From positions 10,794 through 74,793 of the forward strand of contig CAZVLA010000030.1 of the NCBI GenBank assembly GCA_964627805.1: a stretch of DNA of 64,000 bases. The letters run 5' to 3'. Positions 1 to 9,956 of the stretch are shown here, piece after piece (the stretch's first letter is position 1; each line of letters begins with the position of its first letter). The notes beneath the pieces were generated by a model. It searched no databases. It was given only the letters and a program-made list of their open reading frames with translations, and was not told where the DNA came from. The translations under genes were made by a program, and so were the position numbers. This DNA is from an uncultured Desulfurococcaceae archaeon. Lineage in GTDB: Archaea; Thermoproteota; Thermoprotei_A; Sulfolobales; NBVN01.

Positions 1-1
1 G

Positions 2-238
2 AGATTAGAGGTTGAGGGAGTGATTGTTCATGTAGGTAAGGGTACGCCTAAAAGAAGTGATGTACTAGCAACACTTGCTAAGCTGTATAGTAAGAGTGAG
101 GAGTTAATCATAGTTAAGAAGATAGTTAGTGAGTACGGCGTAGGTATTACGCGATTTAGAGCACACATATACGAGAGTATTGATAGGCTAAAGGCATTTG
201 AGCCCACATACATACTTAAGAGGCATGGGAGGGGTTGA
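2..238 (+). CDS. rps24e: 30S ribosomal protein S24e (eS24), 5' end outside window
   Basis: The frame is open from base 2 with no start seen. HVGKGTPKRSDV...AHIYES...EPTYILKRHG matches eS24. It is followed by S27ae, as in the conserved archaeal pair. Confidence 0.85.
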   Translation, partial: RLEVEGVIVHVGKGTPKRSDVLATLAKLYSKSEELIIVKKIVSEYGVGITRFRAHIYESIDRLKAFEPTYILKRHGRG

Positions 239-240
239 GA

Positions 241-405
241 GTGGCTGAAAGACATAAGCTTTACGAAATAGATTACAAGACAGGTAAGATAAGACTTAAG
301 AATAGGGTTTGCCCTAAGTGCGGTAGAGTAATGGCTTTCCATAAGAAACCCGTACCTAGATGGCACTGCGGTTACTGCGGTTACGTGGAGTACGTAAGTA
401 GTTGA
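241..405 (+). CDS. rps27ae: 30S ribosomal protein S27ae (zinc ribbon)
   Basis: Absent from the ORF track (54 aa, GTG start; TTG 235 is also in frame). VAERHKLYEIDYKTGKIRLKNRVCPKCGRVMAFHKKPVPRWHCGYCGY carries a CPKC...CGYC ribbon. Confidence 0.8.
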   Translation: MAERHKLYEIDYKTGKIRLKNRVCPKCGRVMAFHKKPVPRWHCGYCGYVEYVSS

Positions 406-421
406 TCAAGGTAGCTAAGTA

Positions 422-1420
422 ATGAAGGTTTTAGGGATAGAATCAACAGCACATACATTCGGTGTCGGCATAGTATCTGATTCTAGCCCCTACATATTAG
501 CTGATGCTAGAGCTAAGTACGAGCCAGAAAAAGGAGGTATACACCCTAGGGAGGCTGCTATACACCACATGTCAGCAGCTCCGGATATAGTGCTTAAGGC
601 ATTAAAGGAAGCTTCATTAACTATGAGGGACATAGACGCCGTTGCAGTAGCTTTAGGTCCAGGACTAGGTCCGTGCTTGAGGGTAGGTGCTACTGTAGCT
701 AGGGCACTAGCACTTACATTCAATAAACCCCTCGTGCCTGTCAATCACGCTGTGGCTCATATTGAAGTAGGTAAGCTAGTGACTGACGTTAAGGATCCGC
801 TAGTAGTTTATTTGTCGGGGGGTAACACAATAATAGCTGCCTTCATAGACGGTAGATATAGAGTATTTGGAGAGACTCTGGATATAGCTTTAGGTAACTT
901 AATTGACGTCTTCGTTAGGGAGGTAGGTTTAGCGCCACCATACGTAGTTAATGGGGTACACCAGATAGACCGCTGTGCTGAGAAAGGTTCAAGAATGATT
1001 AAGTTACCGTACGTAGTTAAGGGACAAGACGTCTCATTCTCTGGGCTACTTACTGCTTCATTAAGGGCCGTAAAGAGCGGTACACCTCTAGAGGATGTAT
1101 GCTATAGCTTACGGGAGGTAGCGTATTCATCAATCGTTGAGGTAGCTGAGCGTGGACTCGCCCATACGGGTAAGAAGGAGGTACTGCTAGTTGGTGGTGT
1201 AGCAGCTAGTAAGTACCTAAGGGAGAAGTTTGAGGTCATGGTTAGGAGTAGAGGAGCTACACTAAAGGTAGTACCCCCTAAGTACGCAGTCGATAACGGC
1301 GTAATGATAGCTTGGACAGGGCTACTAGCATTTAAGGAAGGTATAACCGTTAGTCCAGATAAGGCCGTGATAAGGCAGAGGTGGAGGCTTGATCAAGTTG
1401 ACATACCTTGGATGCACTAA
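422..1420 (+). CDS. kae1: Kae1, tRNA N6-adenosine threonylcarbamoyltransferase (KEOPS catalytic subunit)
   Basis: [15 protein letters not shown]-terminus and NHAVAHIE metal-binding His pair; 332 aa with an ASKHA-fold layout; Bud32 follows immediately. Confidence 0.9.
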   Translation: MKVLGIESTAHTFGVGIVSDSSPYILADARAKYEPEKGGIHPREAAIHHMSAAPDIVLKALKEASLTMRDIDAVAVALGPGLGPCLRVGATVARALALTFNKPLVPVNHAVAHIEVGKLVTDVKDPLVVYLSGGNTIIAAFIDGRYRVFGETLDIALGNLIDVFVREVGLAPPYVVNGVHQIDRCAEKGSRMIKLPYVVKGQDVSFSGLLTASLRAVKSGTPLEDVCYSLREVAYSSIVEVAERGLAHTGKKEVLLVGGVAASKYLREKFEVMVRSRGATLKVVPPKYAVDNGVMIAWTGLLAFKEGITVSPDKAVIRQRWRLDQVDIPWMH

Positions 1421-2069
1421 ACTAGAGAGAGTGATCTACGTAGGTGCTGAGGCAGTTGTAGGGTTAGGTTATTACTTAGGTACTAGAGCAATTTATAAAT
1501 TGAGAATACCTAAGCCCTATAGAGACCCAAGCCTAGATAAACTAATAAGGAGTGAGAGGACATTAAATGAATCAAGGATACTCATAAACTCAAGGAGGTT
1601 AAACGTTAACGTACCTAAATTACTATTGGTTGACGTTACCACATCCTTAATAATTATGGAGTACATTGAGGGTAAACTATTACGTGACGTACTTAACACA
1701 CTCGATATGAGTGAGGTAATTAGGATATCATACATAGTGGGTAAGCAGGTAGGTACATTGCATAAGAACTCAATAGTGCACGGAGACTTAACAACGTCAA
1801 ATATGATATTAGGTAGAGACGGTAACGTATACTTAATTGATTTTGGTCTATCTAAGTATAGTAACGACTTAGAGGACTATGGAGTTGATATACATTTATT
1901 CATGAGGTCATTAGAGAGTGTGCATCACAGGTTAAAAGATGTTATTTTAGGGCACTTTCTTAAGGGATACGAGGATGTAGTTGGTAAGGAGTTTAGAGAG
2001 GAAGTTGAGGATAAGGTTAGGGAGATAAGGTTAAGGGGTAGATATGTTGAGGAAAGGAGAAGAAGGTAA
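1389..2069 (+). CDS. bud32: Bud32/PRPK-type atypical protein kinase (KEOPS)
   Basis: [17 protein letters not shown] and DFGLS motifs. The TTG start overlaps kae1 by 32 nt, with GAGGTG 6 nt upstream. GTG 1431 is an alternative start. Confidence 0.85.
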   Translation: MIKLTYLGCTKLERVIYVGAEAVVGLGYYLGTRAIYKLRIPKPYRDPSLDKLIRSERTLNESRILINSRRLNVNVPKLLLVDVTTSLIIMEYIEGKLLRDVLNTLDMSEVIRISYIVGKQVGTLHKNSIVHGDLTTSNMILGRDGNVYLIDFGLSKYSNDLEDYGVDIHLFMRSLESVHHRLKDVILGHFLKGYEDVVGKEFREEVEDKVREIRLRGRYVEERRRR

Positions 2070-2649
2070 CAGGTGTTTACCTAAGGTAAGGTTAGTCACA
2101 GGGAACCCTGGTAAAGCTAAGGAGTTTAGAGAGCTAGGGAAGATCTACGGTGTTGAGGTAGTAATTATTGATTTACCTAAGGTCGAGATTCAGAACGACA
2201 GCTTAGAGACAATTTCCGTAGTATCAGCTATTGACTTAGGGAGTAGGTTAGGTAACGCGATATGTGTTGAGGATGCAGGTCTCTTCATAGAGTCATTAAA
2301 AGGATTTCCAGGACCTTACAGTAGCTATGTCTACAAGACCATAGGTGTTCAAGGAATTATTAAGATGATGGAGGGCATTAAAAATAGGAGGGCTTACTTT
2401 AAATCAGTAATAACTTACTATAATCCACGCACGCAGATATTAAGGACGTTTACAGGTGTTGTTAGGGGGTTTATAGCTAATGAAGCTAGAGGTAGTGAAG
2501 GATTTGGTTTCGACCCTATATTCATACCTAAGGGATACGAAAAGACATTCGCTGAATTAGGTATTAACGTGAAGAATAAGATATCACACCGTAGTAAGGC
2601 ATTCAAGGAATTAGTTAATTGGTTAAGAAGTAAATGTATAACGGAGTAA
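2044..2649 (+). CDS. non-canonical purine NTP pyrophosphatase (ITPase, HAM1/RdgB family)
   Basis: VTGNPGKAKEF, GFGFDPIF and SHRSKAF motifs; overlaps bud32 by 26 nt. Confidence 0.85.
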   Translation: MLRKGEEGNRCLPKVRLVTGNPGKAKEFRELGKIYGVEVVIIDLPKVEIQNDSLETISVVSAIDLGSRLGNAICVEDAGLFIESLKGFPGPYSSYVYKTIGVQGIIKMMEGIKNRRAYFKSVITYYNPRTQILRTFTGVVRGFIANEARGSEGFGFDPIFIPKGYEKTFAELGINVKNKISHRSKAFKELVNWLRSKCITE

Positions 2650-2715
2650 CTTCACTACCTCCTAAAAAGACTTTTAAGTCTTAATATGTAACCACATACC
2701 ACGGAGTGGAGAGAC

Positions 2716-3201
2716 ATGAATAGAGGTAAGGAGAAGGGTCAGTCACACTCAACTAGACCACCGGTAGTAGTAGCTCCTAAGTGGGTTCAGTACACTCCTG
2801 AGGAGGTAGAGATGCTTATAGTTGAGCTAGCTAAGAAGGGGTACCCACCATCACTAATTGGTGTGATTCTTAGAGATCAGTATGGTATACCACTAGTTAA
2901 GTCAGTACTTGGTGTTAAGCTTCATAAGGTACTTGAGAAGTACGGTATAAAGCCTGTAATCCCGGAAGATCTCTATAATTTAATAAAGAGGGCCGTCAAT
3001 CTTAGGAGACACTTAGAGGAGCATCCTAAAGATACGCACAGTAAGCGTGGATTAATAGAGATTGAGTCCAAGATACATAGGTTAGTTAAGTATTATAAGA
3101 GGGTAGGTAAGCTACCTCCAGACTGGAAGTACGATCCTAATGCAGCTAGAATACTTGTTTCGCAGCCCATCCTAAAAATACCTAAGGAAATTATGTCCTA
3201 G
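2716..3201 (+). CDS. rps15: 30S ribosomal protein S15 (uS15, S13e type)
   Basis: GQSHSTRP...[31 protein letters not shown] is typical of archaeal uS15. A TATA-like TTTTAAG lies upstream. Confidence 0.9.
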   Translation: MNRGKEKGQSHSTRPPVVVAPKWVQYTPEEVEMLIVELAKKGYPPSLIGVILRDQYGIPLVKSVLGVKLHKVLEKYGIKPVIPEDLYNLIKRAVNLRRHLEEHPKDTHSKRGLIEIESKIHRLVKYYKRVGKLPPDWKYDPNAARILVSQPILKIPKEIMS

Positions 3202-3255
3202 AACATAGCAACACTAAAATCTCCGTATTTTAGTTTTTAAATGAGAGGGTAGTGC

Positions 3256-4410
3256 GTGCCGTTAAGTTTTGATATTAACAGTATTGATGCTGAAGAAGTA
3301 ATTAGGAGGGTAATTGAGGAAGCTAGGAAGTCTGAGGAGGTAATTACCTTAGTACTTACGTATGATGTAGATGTAGTGACGGCTGGCGCTATACTCTGTA
3401 GAGCGTTGAGGAGTTTAGACACTAGGTATGAGATCCGACCAGTATATGAAGCTGAGTTAATCGATAGTAACTTAATCATTAACATAAGTAATAAAGTGAT
3501 TGACCGTAGCGGGTGTGTGAATATAGGATCGAGTGATAGAGATTTAGCCTTAAGGCACGGATTATCGTACGTTATTAAGTACAGAAACATAGCTCATTCA
3601 TTGAGGAGAATACTTAGTGAATTCACGGTATTGCCTAAGGAGATCAATTACTTAGTATATGCCTCAGTACTAAGTAGACACACACCTAGGATTCTGGATA
3701 TGGGTTTGAGCGATTATGAAAAGGAGATCTTGGATGAGGGTATTGAAAGCGGCTTAATAAGTAAGGTGGCAGGTCCTAAACTAATAAACTGGGGATTAGT
3801 ACCACTTAGTGATGCTGTCAACAAGAGCTTTGATATACTACTACCTAATTACTTTCTAAGTAATGAAGCCCCAAGAATTAATGATGAAGATGAATGCGTG
3901 AAATTAATAGCGACTGAACTTAATGCGGAACCCGAGCGTGTAAGAGGTAATAATTACGTTACTAGGAGGGTGTGGGTAGTTAATGATCTTTACTACTTAT
4001 CTTACGTACTAATGTATTCAGTGGATGTTTTAGGTACTGATGCCGCACCTATAATAAGTAATAATAATGCATTAACGTTAGCGACTAGGAAGTTTCAGAG
4101 GTCGCTAAGAGTTATTAAGGAAGTTATTAATTTGGGAAGACCTACTAAAGTTAAGTGTCCATTACTAGGGGGTAACGCGGCAATCCTAAGTAGAGTTAAT
4201 CCTAAGGAATTATCATTAACTGTCCTAACTAAGGTACTGCGTGGTATTAATTACTTAGGTAGCGATGACGTAGTAATAGCTCTGGATAGTAAAAACGCTT
4301 ACGTACCCCTTCAAGTAATTAATGAGACCTATAGGAGTAAGATCTTTGAAGTAGCTTCCTCAGTAATAGGAGGTTACGCAGTCGTGAGTAGGGAGTCACT
4401 AGGTGTTTAG
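3256..4410 (+). CDS. RecJ/Cdc45-like DHH-fold protein with degenerate catalytic motifs
   Basis: GTG start. LTYDVDVVTAGAILCRAL sits where DHH proteins have hHxDxDGxxS. Its position right after rps15 matches the conserved archaeal S15-RecJ neighbourhood, recalled from the literature. Confidence 0.5.
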   Translation: MPLSFDINSIDAEEVIRRVIEEARKSEEVITLVLTYDVDVVTAGAILCRALRSLDTRYEIRPVYEAELIDSNLIINISNKVIDRSGCVNIGSSDRDLALRHGLSYVIKYRNIAHSLRRILSEFTVLPKEINYLVYASVLSRHTPRILDMGLSDYEKEILDEGIESGLISKVAGPKLINWGLVPLSDAVNKSFDILLPNYFLSNEAPRINDEDECVKLIATELNAEPERVRGNNYVTRRVWVVNDLYYLSYVLMYSVDVLGTDAAPIISNNNALTLATRKFQRSLRVIKEVINLGRPTKVKCPLLGGNAAILSRVNPKELSLTVLTKVLRGINYLGSDDVVIALDSKNAYVPLQVINETYRSKIFEVASSVIGGYAVVSRESLGV

Positions 4411-4412
4411 AG

Positions 4413-4706
4413 ATGGGTAAGGAGTTAATTAGAAGTATTGAGGCTAGGTTATGTATTAGGCTAAGTAGGTTAGATCCTAAAGTGCTAAGTGAATCACTAA
4501 TGCCCGATGATGCGCCCCCAAGAAACTTTTACATTAAGCATGACGTAAAGGGTAAACTGTTCTGTTACGATGTTAGGACTAATAGAGTAGTCATTAAGGA
4601 CATATTAACTTTACTGTCAATGCTTGATGAAGTGAGTAGGTTAACTGAGGTTCTGGAGAAGTGCCTAATTAAGTTATCTAGCTTAAGGGAATTAGGGGCT
4701 ACTTGA
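4413..4706 (+). CDS. small Pcc1-like protein (possible KEOPS subunit)
   Basis: 97 aa. The strand-helix pattern IEARLCIRL...SLMPDD...KLFCYDVR...IKDILTLLSMLDEVSRL resembles the Pcc1/CTAG fold by eye only. Confidence 0.4.
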   Translation: MGKELIRSIEARLCIRLSRLDPKVLSESLMPDDAPPRNFYIKHDVKGKLFCYDVRTNRVVIKDILTLLSMLDEVSRLTEVLEKCLIKLSSLRELGAT

Positions 4707-4752
4707 TTAATTCTTATAAGCCCCTACAAACATAATGTCTAGGCTCTGAGGC

Positions 4753-5376
4753 ATGCCTAAGGTAGTAGTTAAGGATAAGTGGAAGCTCAAGAAGTGGTTT
4801 ACAGTCTTAGCACCTACTATGTTCGGTAGTGTACCTATAGGTACTACACCAGCAGATAAGGAATGGAAGTTACTGGGTAGGGTCTTTGAGGTTACATTAT
4901 TTGACTTAACAGGTGATTTCAGTCAACACCACATACATCTATATTTCCAAGTCTATGATGTCAAGGAGGATAAGGCGTTAACTAGGTTTAAAGGACATGA
5001 ATTAGCTAGGGACTACATAAAATCAATAATTAGGAGAAAATCAAGTAAGATACAAGCTATAGTTGACGTAACTACTAAGGATGGGTACGGACTTAGGGTC
5101 ACTGGTATTGTATTAACTACCTTTAGGTGTAAGACAAGTCAAAAGAAAGCTATTAGGAAGATAATGATGAGAATACTCACGGAAAGTGCTTCCCAAATGA
5201 CTCTCGAAGAATACGTTAAAGCTATGATTTTCGGTAAACTAGCACTACAGATAATGGAGCAAGCGAAGAAGATCTATCCAATAAGGAAGGTTGAGATATA
5301 TAAGTCAAAGTTACTTACAATACCGACACCCGAAGGACCTAAGCCTGCAGTTATAGTACCTCAACCACCTGCCTAA
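4753..5376 (+). CDS. rps3ae: 30S ribosomal protein S3Ae (eS1)
   Basis: KDKWKLKKWFTVLAP..F...IGTT N-terminus and 207 aa length are typical of eS1. Confidence 0.9.
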   Translation: MPKVVVKDKWKLKKWFTVLAPTMFGSVPIGTTPADKEWKLLGRVFEVTLFDLTGDFSQHHIHLYFQVYDVKEDKALTRFKGHELARDYIKSIIRRKSSKIQAIVDVTTKDGYGLRVTGIVLTTFRCKTSQKKAIRKIMMRILTESASQMTLEEYVKAMIFGKLALQIMEQAKKIYPIRKVEIYKSKLLTIPTPEGPKPAVIVPQPPA

Positions 5377-5433
5377 TCTACATAACGCTTTTAGTGAACA
5401 TTATTAATTCACATATAGAATATTTTCGGTGCT

Positions 5434-6729
5434 GTGTATTTGATTAAGGAGGCCGTATTACTAGCCGCTGGTAAGGGTCTAGGTTTGGAACCACTAACCA
5501 CTACTAGAAATAAGGTACTTATGCCTGCACTCAATAAGCCGATACTAATTCATCATATAGAGCATTTAAGGACTGCAGGTATTAAGAGAGTAGTTATAGT
5601 AGTTAAGTACCTTAAGGAGCAAGTAATTAGGGTAGTAGAAAATATCTTAAGTAATGAAGACTTAGGTATTGATGTAGCCTTCATTGATCAGGGAGATACC
5701 TTAGGTACTGGGCATGCACTGGCTTCAGCTATTAGTGAGATTAGGAGCAATAGGTTCGTACTTATTTACGGCGACGTATTCACCGAACTTAATGACTTAA
5801 TTAAGGTAGTTAACTACGAAGGTAATTACTTAGTAGTGCTAGCTAAGGTTAAAAACCCTAGAAGATACGGCGTAGCAGTAGTTAGTAACGATGGCAAGTT
5901 AGTAAGGATAATTGAGAAACCTGAAGTACCACCGTCTAACTTAGTTAATGCTGGTATATACGTACTTAGTGAGGGGATTAGTAAGTATTTAAGAAGTATA
6001 GAATTAAGCAGTAGAGGTGAATTAGAGCTTACAGACGCTATAAACTTGCTTGCTAAAGAGGAAAGGGTTTCTACTACAGTACTTAATACGTGGTTCGACA
6101 TAGGTAGGCCATGGTCGCTCCTTGAACTAAATAAATACTTATTAAGTAAGGTAACTAAGCAGGTAATTAAGGGTAATGTAGAACCCAACGTAGTAATTAA
6201 AGGACCAGTAATTATTGAGGAGGGGGCCGAGGTCTTATCAGGTACTTACATCAAGGGCCCGGTATACATAGGTAGGTCCGTAGTAGTAGGTCCTAATGCT
6301 TACTTAAGACCTTACTCAGTGCTCCTTAATAACAGTAGGGTAGGATTCAATGTTGAGGTTAAGGAGAGTATAGTGATGGAAGGAGTCCATGCTTCACATC
6401 AGTCATATATAGGTGACTCAATAATAGGTGAGGAAAGTAACTTGGGTGCTGGTACGATATTAGCTAATTTAAGATTCGATAATAGGAACGTTAAGGTCAC
6501 AATCAAAGGTGTTAGGGAGGACAGCGGTAGGAGGAAGTTAGGTGGTATACTTGGTGCTTACGTGAAGACAGGAGTGAATGTGTCTATATGTCCAGGAGTT
6601 AAGGTAGGTGCGTATACATGGATCTACCCAGGAGTTACGGTCTGCCGGGATGTACCGCAGTGTGTTAAGGTAGTTAGGAATGACTTCTACGAGCCATTAA
6701 GTAAGTGCCTAGAGTACGTAAGTCATTGA
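5434..6729 (+). CDS. sugar-1-phosphate nucleotidyltransferase fused to a left-handed beta-helix acyltransferase (GlmU/ST0452-like)
   Basis: GTG start. N-terminal LLAAGKGLGLEPLT...K NTP-transferase signature and C-terminal hexapeptide repeats (IGDSIIGEESNLGAGTILANL). The usual Arg of GxGtRL is Gly here. Confidence 0.75.
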   Translation: MYLIKEAVLLAAGKGLGLEPLTTTRNKVLMPALNKPILIHHIEHLRTAGIKRVVIVVKYLKEQVIRVVENILSNEDLGIDVAFIDQGDTLGTGHALASAISEIRSNRFVLIYGDVFTELNDLIKVVNYEGNYLVVLAKVKNPRRYGVAVVSNDGKLVRIIEKPEVPPSNLVNAGIYVLSEGISKYLRSIELSSRGELELTDAINLLAKEERVSTTVLNTWFDIGRPWSLLELNKYLLSKVTKQVIKGNVEPNVVIKGPVIIEEGAEVLSGTYIKGPVYIGRSVVVGPNAYLRPYSVLLNNSRVGFNVEVKESIVMEGVHASHQSYIGDSIIGEESNLGAGTILANLRFDNRNVKVTIKGVREDSGRRKLGGILGAYVKTGVNVSICPGVKVGAYTWIYPGVTVCRDVPQCVKVVRNDFYEPLSKCLEYVSH

Positions 6730-6755
6730 ATTAAGGTCTAAGATAATAAGTAAAA

Positions 6756-7994
6756 CTAACCTCTAGCTAGTGCTGAAACAACTTTAATTACGTCATTATC
6801 CTTTAACTCGTAATTAGCTCCTACCCTCTTGCCCTCCTTAGCTAATATAGCGTATATGAACCCCTTACCTAACTCGGTATGTATTAAGTAGGCTAATTCC
6901 TTGGCAGTTACACCCCTCCTAACTAGGTATGCATCAGGCAATACGTTACCTTCATGGTCAGTAAACTTGTGTGGATCCTCAACAGGGTATACTACAATCA
7001 TGTTAAGTACGTTAAATACTACAGTATTTAATACCTCCTGAACCCCTGTCCCACCAAACTTTTTCATGAATTCAGCAATAGTTTCTAGAGCACTTAACTG
7101 TTTCCTATTTAACTTATTAGGGTCGGGTATAGTAAATGAGGGATCGCCTGGTAGGTAATGAATTAGTCCTGACTTAGCAGCTCTTCTTAAGGCTAGTTCA
7201 TATAATGAACTAGTAGGTATGACGATCCTACCCTTCAACTCACGCTTCATTCTCCTTATATTATCCCATGACTCAGGTATGTCGGCCTTATTAGCTGCTA
7301 TTACTATTGGCTTTGAAACCTCCCTAAGCTTATAAGCAAATAGTCTTAAGTCATCCTCCTTCCAAGAGGTTGGTCTGATATTCTCTAACCCTGTCTCTTT
7401 AAGTACTATAGCTACGTGCTCACGCCTGATCGATAATCCGGAAACCCTCCTAGCTAGCGTATCGATCATTTCGTCTCTGGGCATGGTGTCTAATGCCCTA
7501 GCGAGCCTATCCCATCCTTTACTAATGACTCTATAGAACCACTCATTAACTTCGAACTCAATAGATCTAACCTCCTCAACTGGATCGTAAGTACCTGGCT
7601 TTACTGGCATGCCTTCCTCATTAGTAGAACCTGAAGCATCAACAACTAATATTAATGCGTCAGCCTGCCTCAAGTCATCCATAAACTTATTACCTAACCC
7701 CCTACCCATATGCGCGCCCTTAACAAGTCCAGCAACATCCATTAACTTAACGGGTATGAATCTATACCCCTTGATACATAAAGAGTTCCTGGGGTTGCAT
7801 GAAGGCAGTCCTAAATCCTCATGGATACATTTCTTTCTGACGTATGCGATACCTATGTTAGGCTCTATAGTTACGAAGGGTCTATTCTCAATCTTAACAC
7901 TAACTAACGTAGCGGCTTCAAAGAACGTCGACTTACCTACATTCGTCTTACCTATAACACCTATTAATGGAGGTGATGGAGGCAAACACAGCAC
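6756..7994 (-). CDS. Obg-family GTPase (YchF/Ygr210-like) with C-terminal TGS-like domain
   Basis: G1 GKTNVGKST, G3 DVAGLV, G4 NKAD; C-terminal ELKDNDVIKVVS. Confidence 0.8.
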   Translation of the reverse strand: MLCLPPSPPLIGVIGKTNVGKSTFFEAATLVSVKIENRPFVTIEPNIGIAYVRKKCIHEDLGLPSCNPRNSLCIKGYRFIPVKLMDVAGLVKGAHMGRGLGNKFMDDLRQADALILVVDASGSTNEEGMPVKPGTYDPVEEVRSIEFEVNEWFYRVISKGWDRLARALDTMPRDEMIDTLARRVSGLSIRREHVAIVLKETGLENIRPTSWKEDDLRLFAYKLREVSKPIVIAANKADIPESWDNIRRMKRELKGRIVIPTSSLYELALRRAAKSGLIHYLPGDPSFTIPDPNKLNRKQLSALETIAEFMKKFGGTGVQEVLNTVVFNVLNMIVVYPVEDPHKFTDHEGNVLPDAYLVRRGVTAKELAYLIHTELGKGFIYAILAKEGKRVGANYELKDNDVIKVVSALARG

Positions 7995-8113
7995 CTACTT
8001 AAGATTAGCGTAAGCAGTACTTAATACCTTAACTTAAGGTTAAGTAGGTAATGTGGGAATAGCTTATAACCGCACTCACAGTAAGTCTTGGAGGTAAGTA
8101 GGTGAGTTAAGAA

Positions 8114-8785
8114 ATGGCGCGCTCGATGTACCACTACATAGCCGAACTATGGAAGAGGCCGTATGAGGGGGTAATGGGGGAGTTAATGAGGAAGAGGTTA
8201 ATGGAGTGGAGAAACCAGCCAGCCGTAGTTAGGGTTGAGAGACCAACAAGACTTGATAGAGCTAGGGCAATAGGTTATGAAGCTAAGCAAGGCTTCGTAG
8301 TAGTTAGGGTTAGGGTTAGGAAGGGAGGTATGAGGAAACCAAGACCTAGGTCGGGTAGGAGACCTAAGAGGATGGGTATATACGGATTCGCACCAGCTAA
8401 GTCGCTACAGTTAATTGCTGAGGAAAGAGCTGCTAGGAAATACCCTAACTTAGAGGTACTAGGTAGTTACTATGTGGGTGAGGATGGTCTGTATAAGTAC
8501 TTTGAAGTTATTCTAGTAGATCCACATCATCCAGCAATTAAGGCTGATAAGGACATAAACTGGATAACGCAACCAAGCCAGCGTAGGAGGGTATTTAGGG
8601 GTAAGACCGCTGCTGGCAGGAGAATGAGGGGATTGCTAAGGAGTAGAGGTCTGAAGGGTACGCATAAGTATAAGTGGAAGAAGAAGGCTAAGGAGCGTAA
8701 GTTAAGGAAGAGGCATGAAGCATCTAGGGGTGCTAGGTTAATAGTTCCTCAAGAGCTAGCTGAGGAACTAGGTATCGAGAAGTAG
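8114..8785 (+). CDS. rpl15e: 50S ribosomal protein L15e
   Basis: [12 protein letters not shown]...[10 protein letters not shown]...PKRMGIY is diagnostic of eL15, with a basic C-terminal extension. Confidence 0.9.
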   Translation: MARSMYHYIAELWKRPYEGVMGELMRKRLMEWRNQPAVVRVERPTRLDRARAIGYEAKQGFVVVRVRVRKGGMRKPRPRSGRRPKRMGIYGFAPAKSLQLIAEERAARKYPNLEVLGSYYVGEDGLYKYFEVILVDPHHPAIKADKDINWITQPSQRRRVFRGKTAAGRRMRGLLRSRGLKGTHKYKWKKKAKERKLRKRHEASRGARLIVPQELAEELGIEK

Positions 8786-8793
8786 GCAGGAGT

Positions 8794-9249
8794 ATGTTAG
8801 GTAGTAAGGTTAGGGTTCGTAAGGTAAGGATTGAGGCGTTTTCACACGCTACTGAAGACTTAAACAAGGTTAAGAAAGCGGTTCTAACACTCCTACCCCC
8901 CGACTTAAGGGATAAGGTAGAGATTAGAGTTAATGTAGTTAAGGGTTATTACGGTAACGAAATAGCCGTCATGAATGTCGAGGTGAGTAAGAAGGCTAAG
9001 CACATACTCAAGCATATATTATGTTCACTACCTCAAACTGAGAGAATAATAATTAAGGCGACAATTGATACTAGAGTTGACAATAAGTTAAGTCACTTAT
9101 TCCTAAGGCTTAGTAAGCAGGAAGCATATTTAGGTAGGGTTAAACTCATGGAGGGTAGTGATGTAATTAAGTTAGTATTCACTATCATAGGTATAAGAAG
9201 CTTTGAAGAGTTAAGGAAATTTATTGAGGAGCTGGTAAGTAATTGTTGA
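8794..9249 (+). CDS. predicted RNA-binding/exosome-associated protein (COG1325-like)
   Basis: FSHATEDLNKVKKAV motif. It sits between L15e and the RNase P subunit genes, as in the archaeal exosome superoperon. Confidence 0.5.
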   Translation: MLGSKVRVRKVRIEAFSHATEDLNKVKKAVLTLLPPDLRDKVEIRVNVVKGYYGNEIAVMNVEVSKKAKHILKHILCSLPQTERIIIKATIDTRVDNKLSHLFLRLSKQEAYLGRVKLMEGSDVIKLVFTIIGIRSFEELRKFIEELVSNC

Positions 9250-9250
9250 A

Positions 9251-9862
9251 ATGAGTGTGGATACTAACTCAAGAATTACGGAAATTAATGAGGATATAGC
9301 TAGAATTTACAAGATACTTGGATATAGATACGTGATTAACAGTAGCTTAAGTGAACCTACGAAGATAGGTGAGGTTCACTTCATACCTAGGGTTAATGTT
9401 AGTAGGGATGAGTTACTGAGCTCATTAAGTAAATTCATTAAGTTAAGGAACAACGGAGTAATCACTGCTTTAATAGTTAATGATGCCGAAGATTTAAAGG
9501 AATATGTAAAGTTTAGGAAGGCATTGACTATTGCGTCCTTAAGTAAGAACGCCTTACTAAGGCTAGGACGTAGAGGCAGGGATAAGTTAGTTGGGTTGAA
9601 GCTACCTGTGGAGTTATGCATTAAGGATATAGTACTAAGTAGTGGGAAGTTCTTAAAGGGGTTGCAGGGAGTAATTAATGACTTAATTAAGGAAAGGATA
9701 GAGTTAATAATTACGCCCTGTCCTGAGAAGCCCTATGAGATAGTTCATCCGTTAATTCTTGAGTCATTACTAATCACCTTAGACGTGCCGGAGGACATTG
9801 CTATTAAGTCTGTTAGGGATGTTCCACTTAGAATAATTGAGGGGTTAGGGGATATTGAGTAA
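9251..9862 (+). CDS. rnp3: RNase P protein component 3 (Rpp30)
   Basis: Call rests on synteny (L15e - COG1325 - Rpp30 - Pop5), the roughly 200 aa size and an alternating beta/alpha pattern. No sharp motif was recognised. Confidence 0.55.
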   Translation: MSVDTNSRITEINEDIARIYKILGYRYVINSSLSEPTKIGEVHFIPRVNVSRDELLSSLSKFIKLRNNGVITALIVNDAEDLKEYVKFRKALTIASLSKNALLRLGRRGRDKLVGLKLPVELCIKDIVLSSGKFLKGLQGVINDLIKERIELIITPCPEKPYEIVHPLILESLLITLDVPEDIAIKSVRDVPLRIIEGLGDIE

Positions 9863-9956
9863 CGGTACCGAACTAGTGTTAGTGCTATCGCTATTCTCTA
9901 TATCGCTATCAATCACCCTATTGATTATCCTACTAAAGTGGTATAGGGACTTGAAT

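Noticed and set aside
28-366. Antisense or shadow ORFs listed in the track. Examples are 28-366, 490-744, 3237-3590, 5826-6188, 7609-8013, 11151-11516, 21318-21686, 31776-32165, 39430-39939, 42249-42659, 43141-43485, 51833-52288, 55330-55785 and 62610-62846.
   Set aside because: Each lies entirely within a well-supported gene on the opposite strand. Each gives low-complexity Ser/Leu/Thr-rich translations typical of the antisense frame of AGG/TTA-rich genes. None has a recognisable motif.
9855-9956. N-terminal membrane-helix-like extension on the Pop5 ORF (TTG start overlapping the Rpp30 stop)
   Set aside because: Pop5 proteins are soluble and start shortly before the RRRYLxFE motif. The hydrophobic 34 aa are most likely an untranslated spacer that happens to be open. 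ATG 9957 or ATG 9990 fits better.
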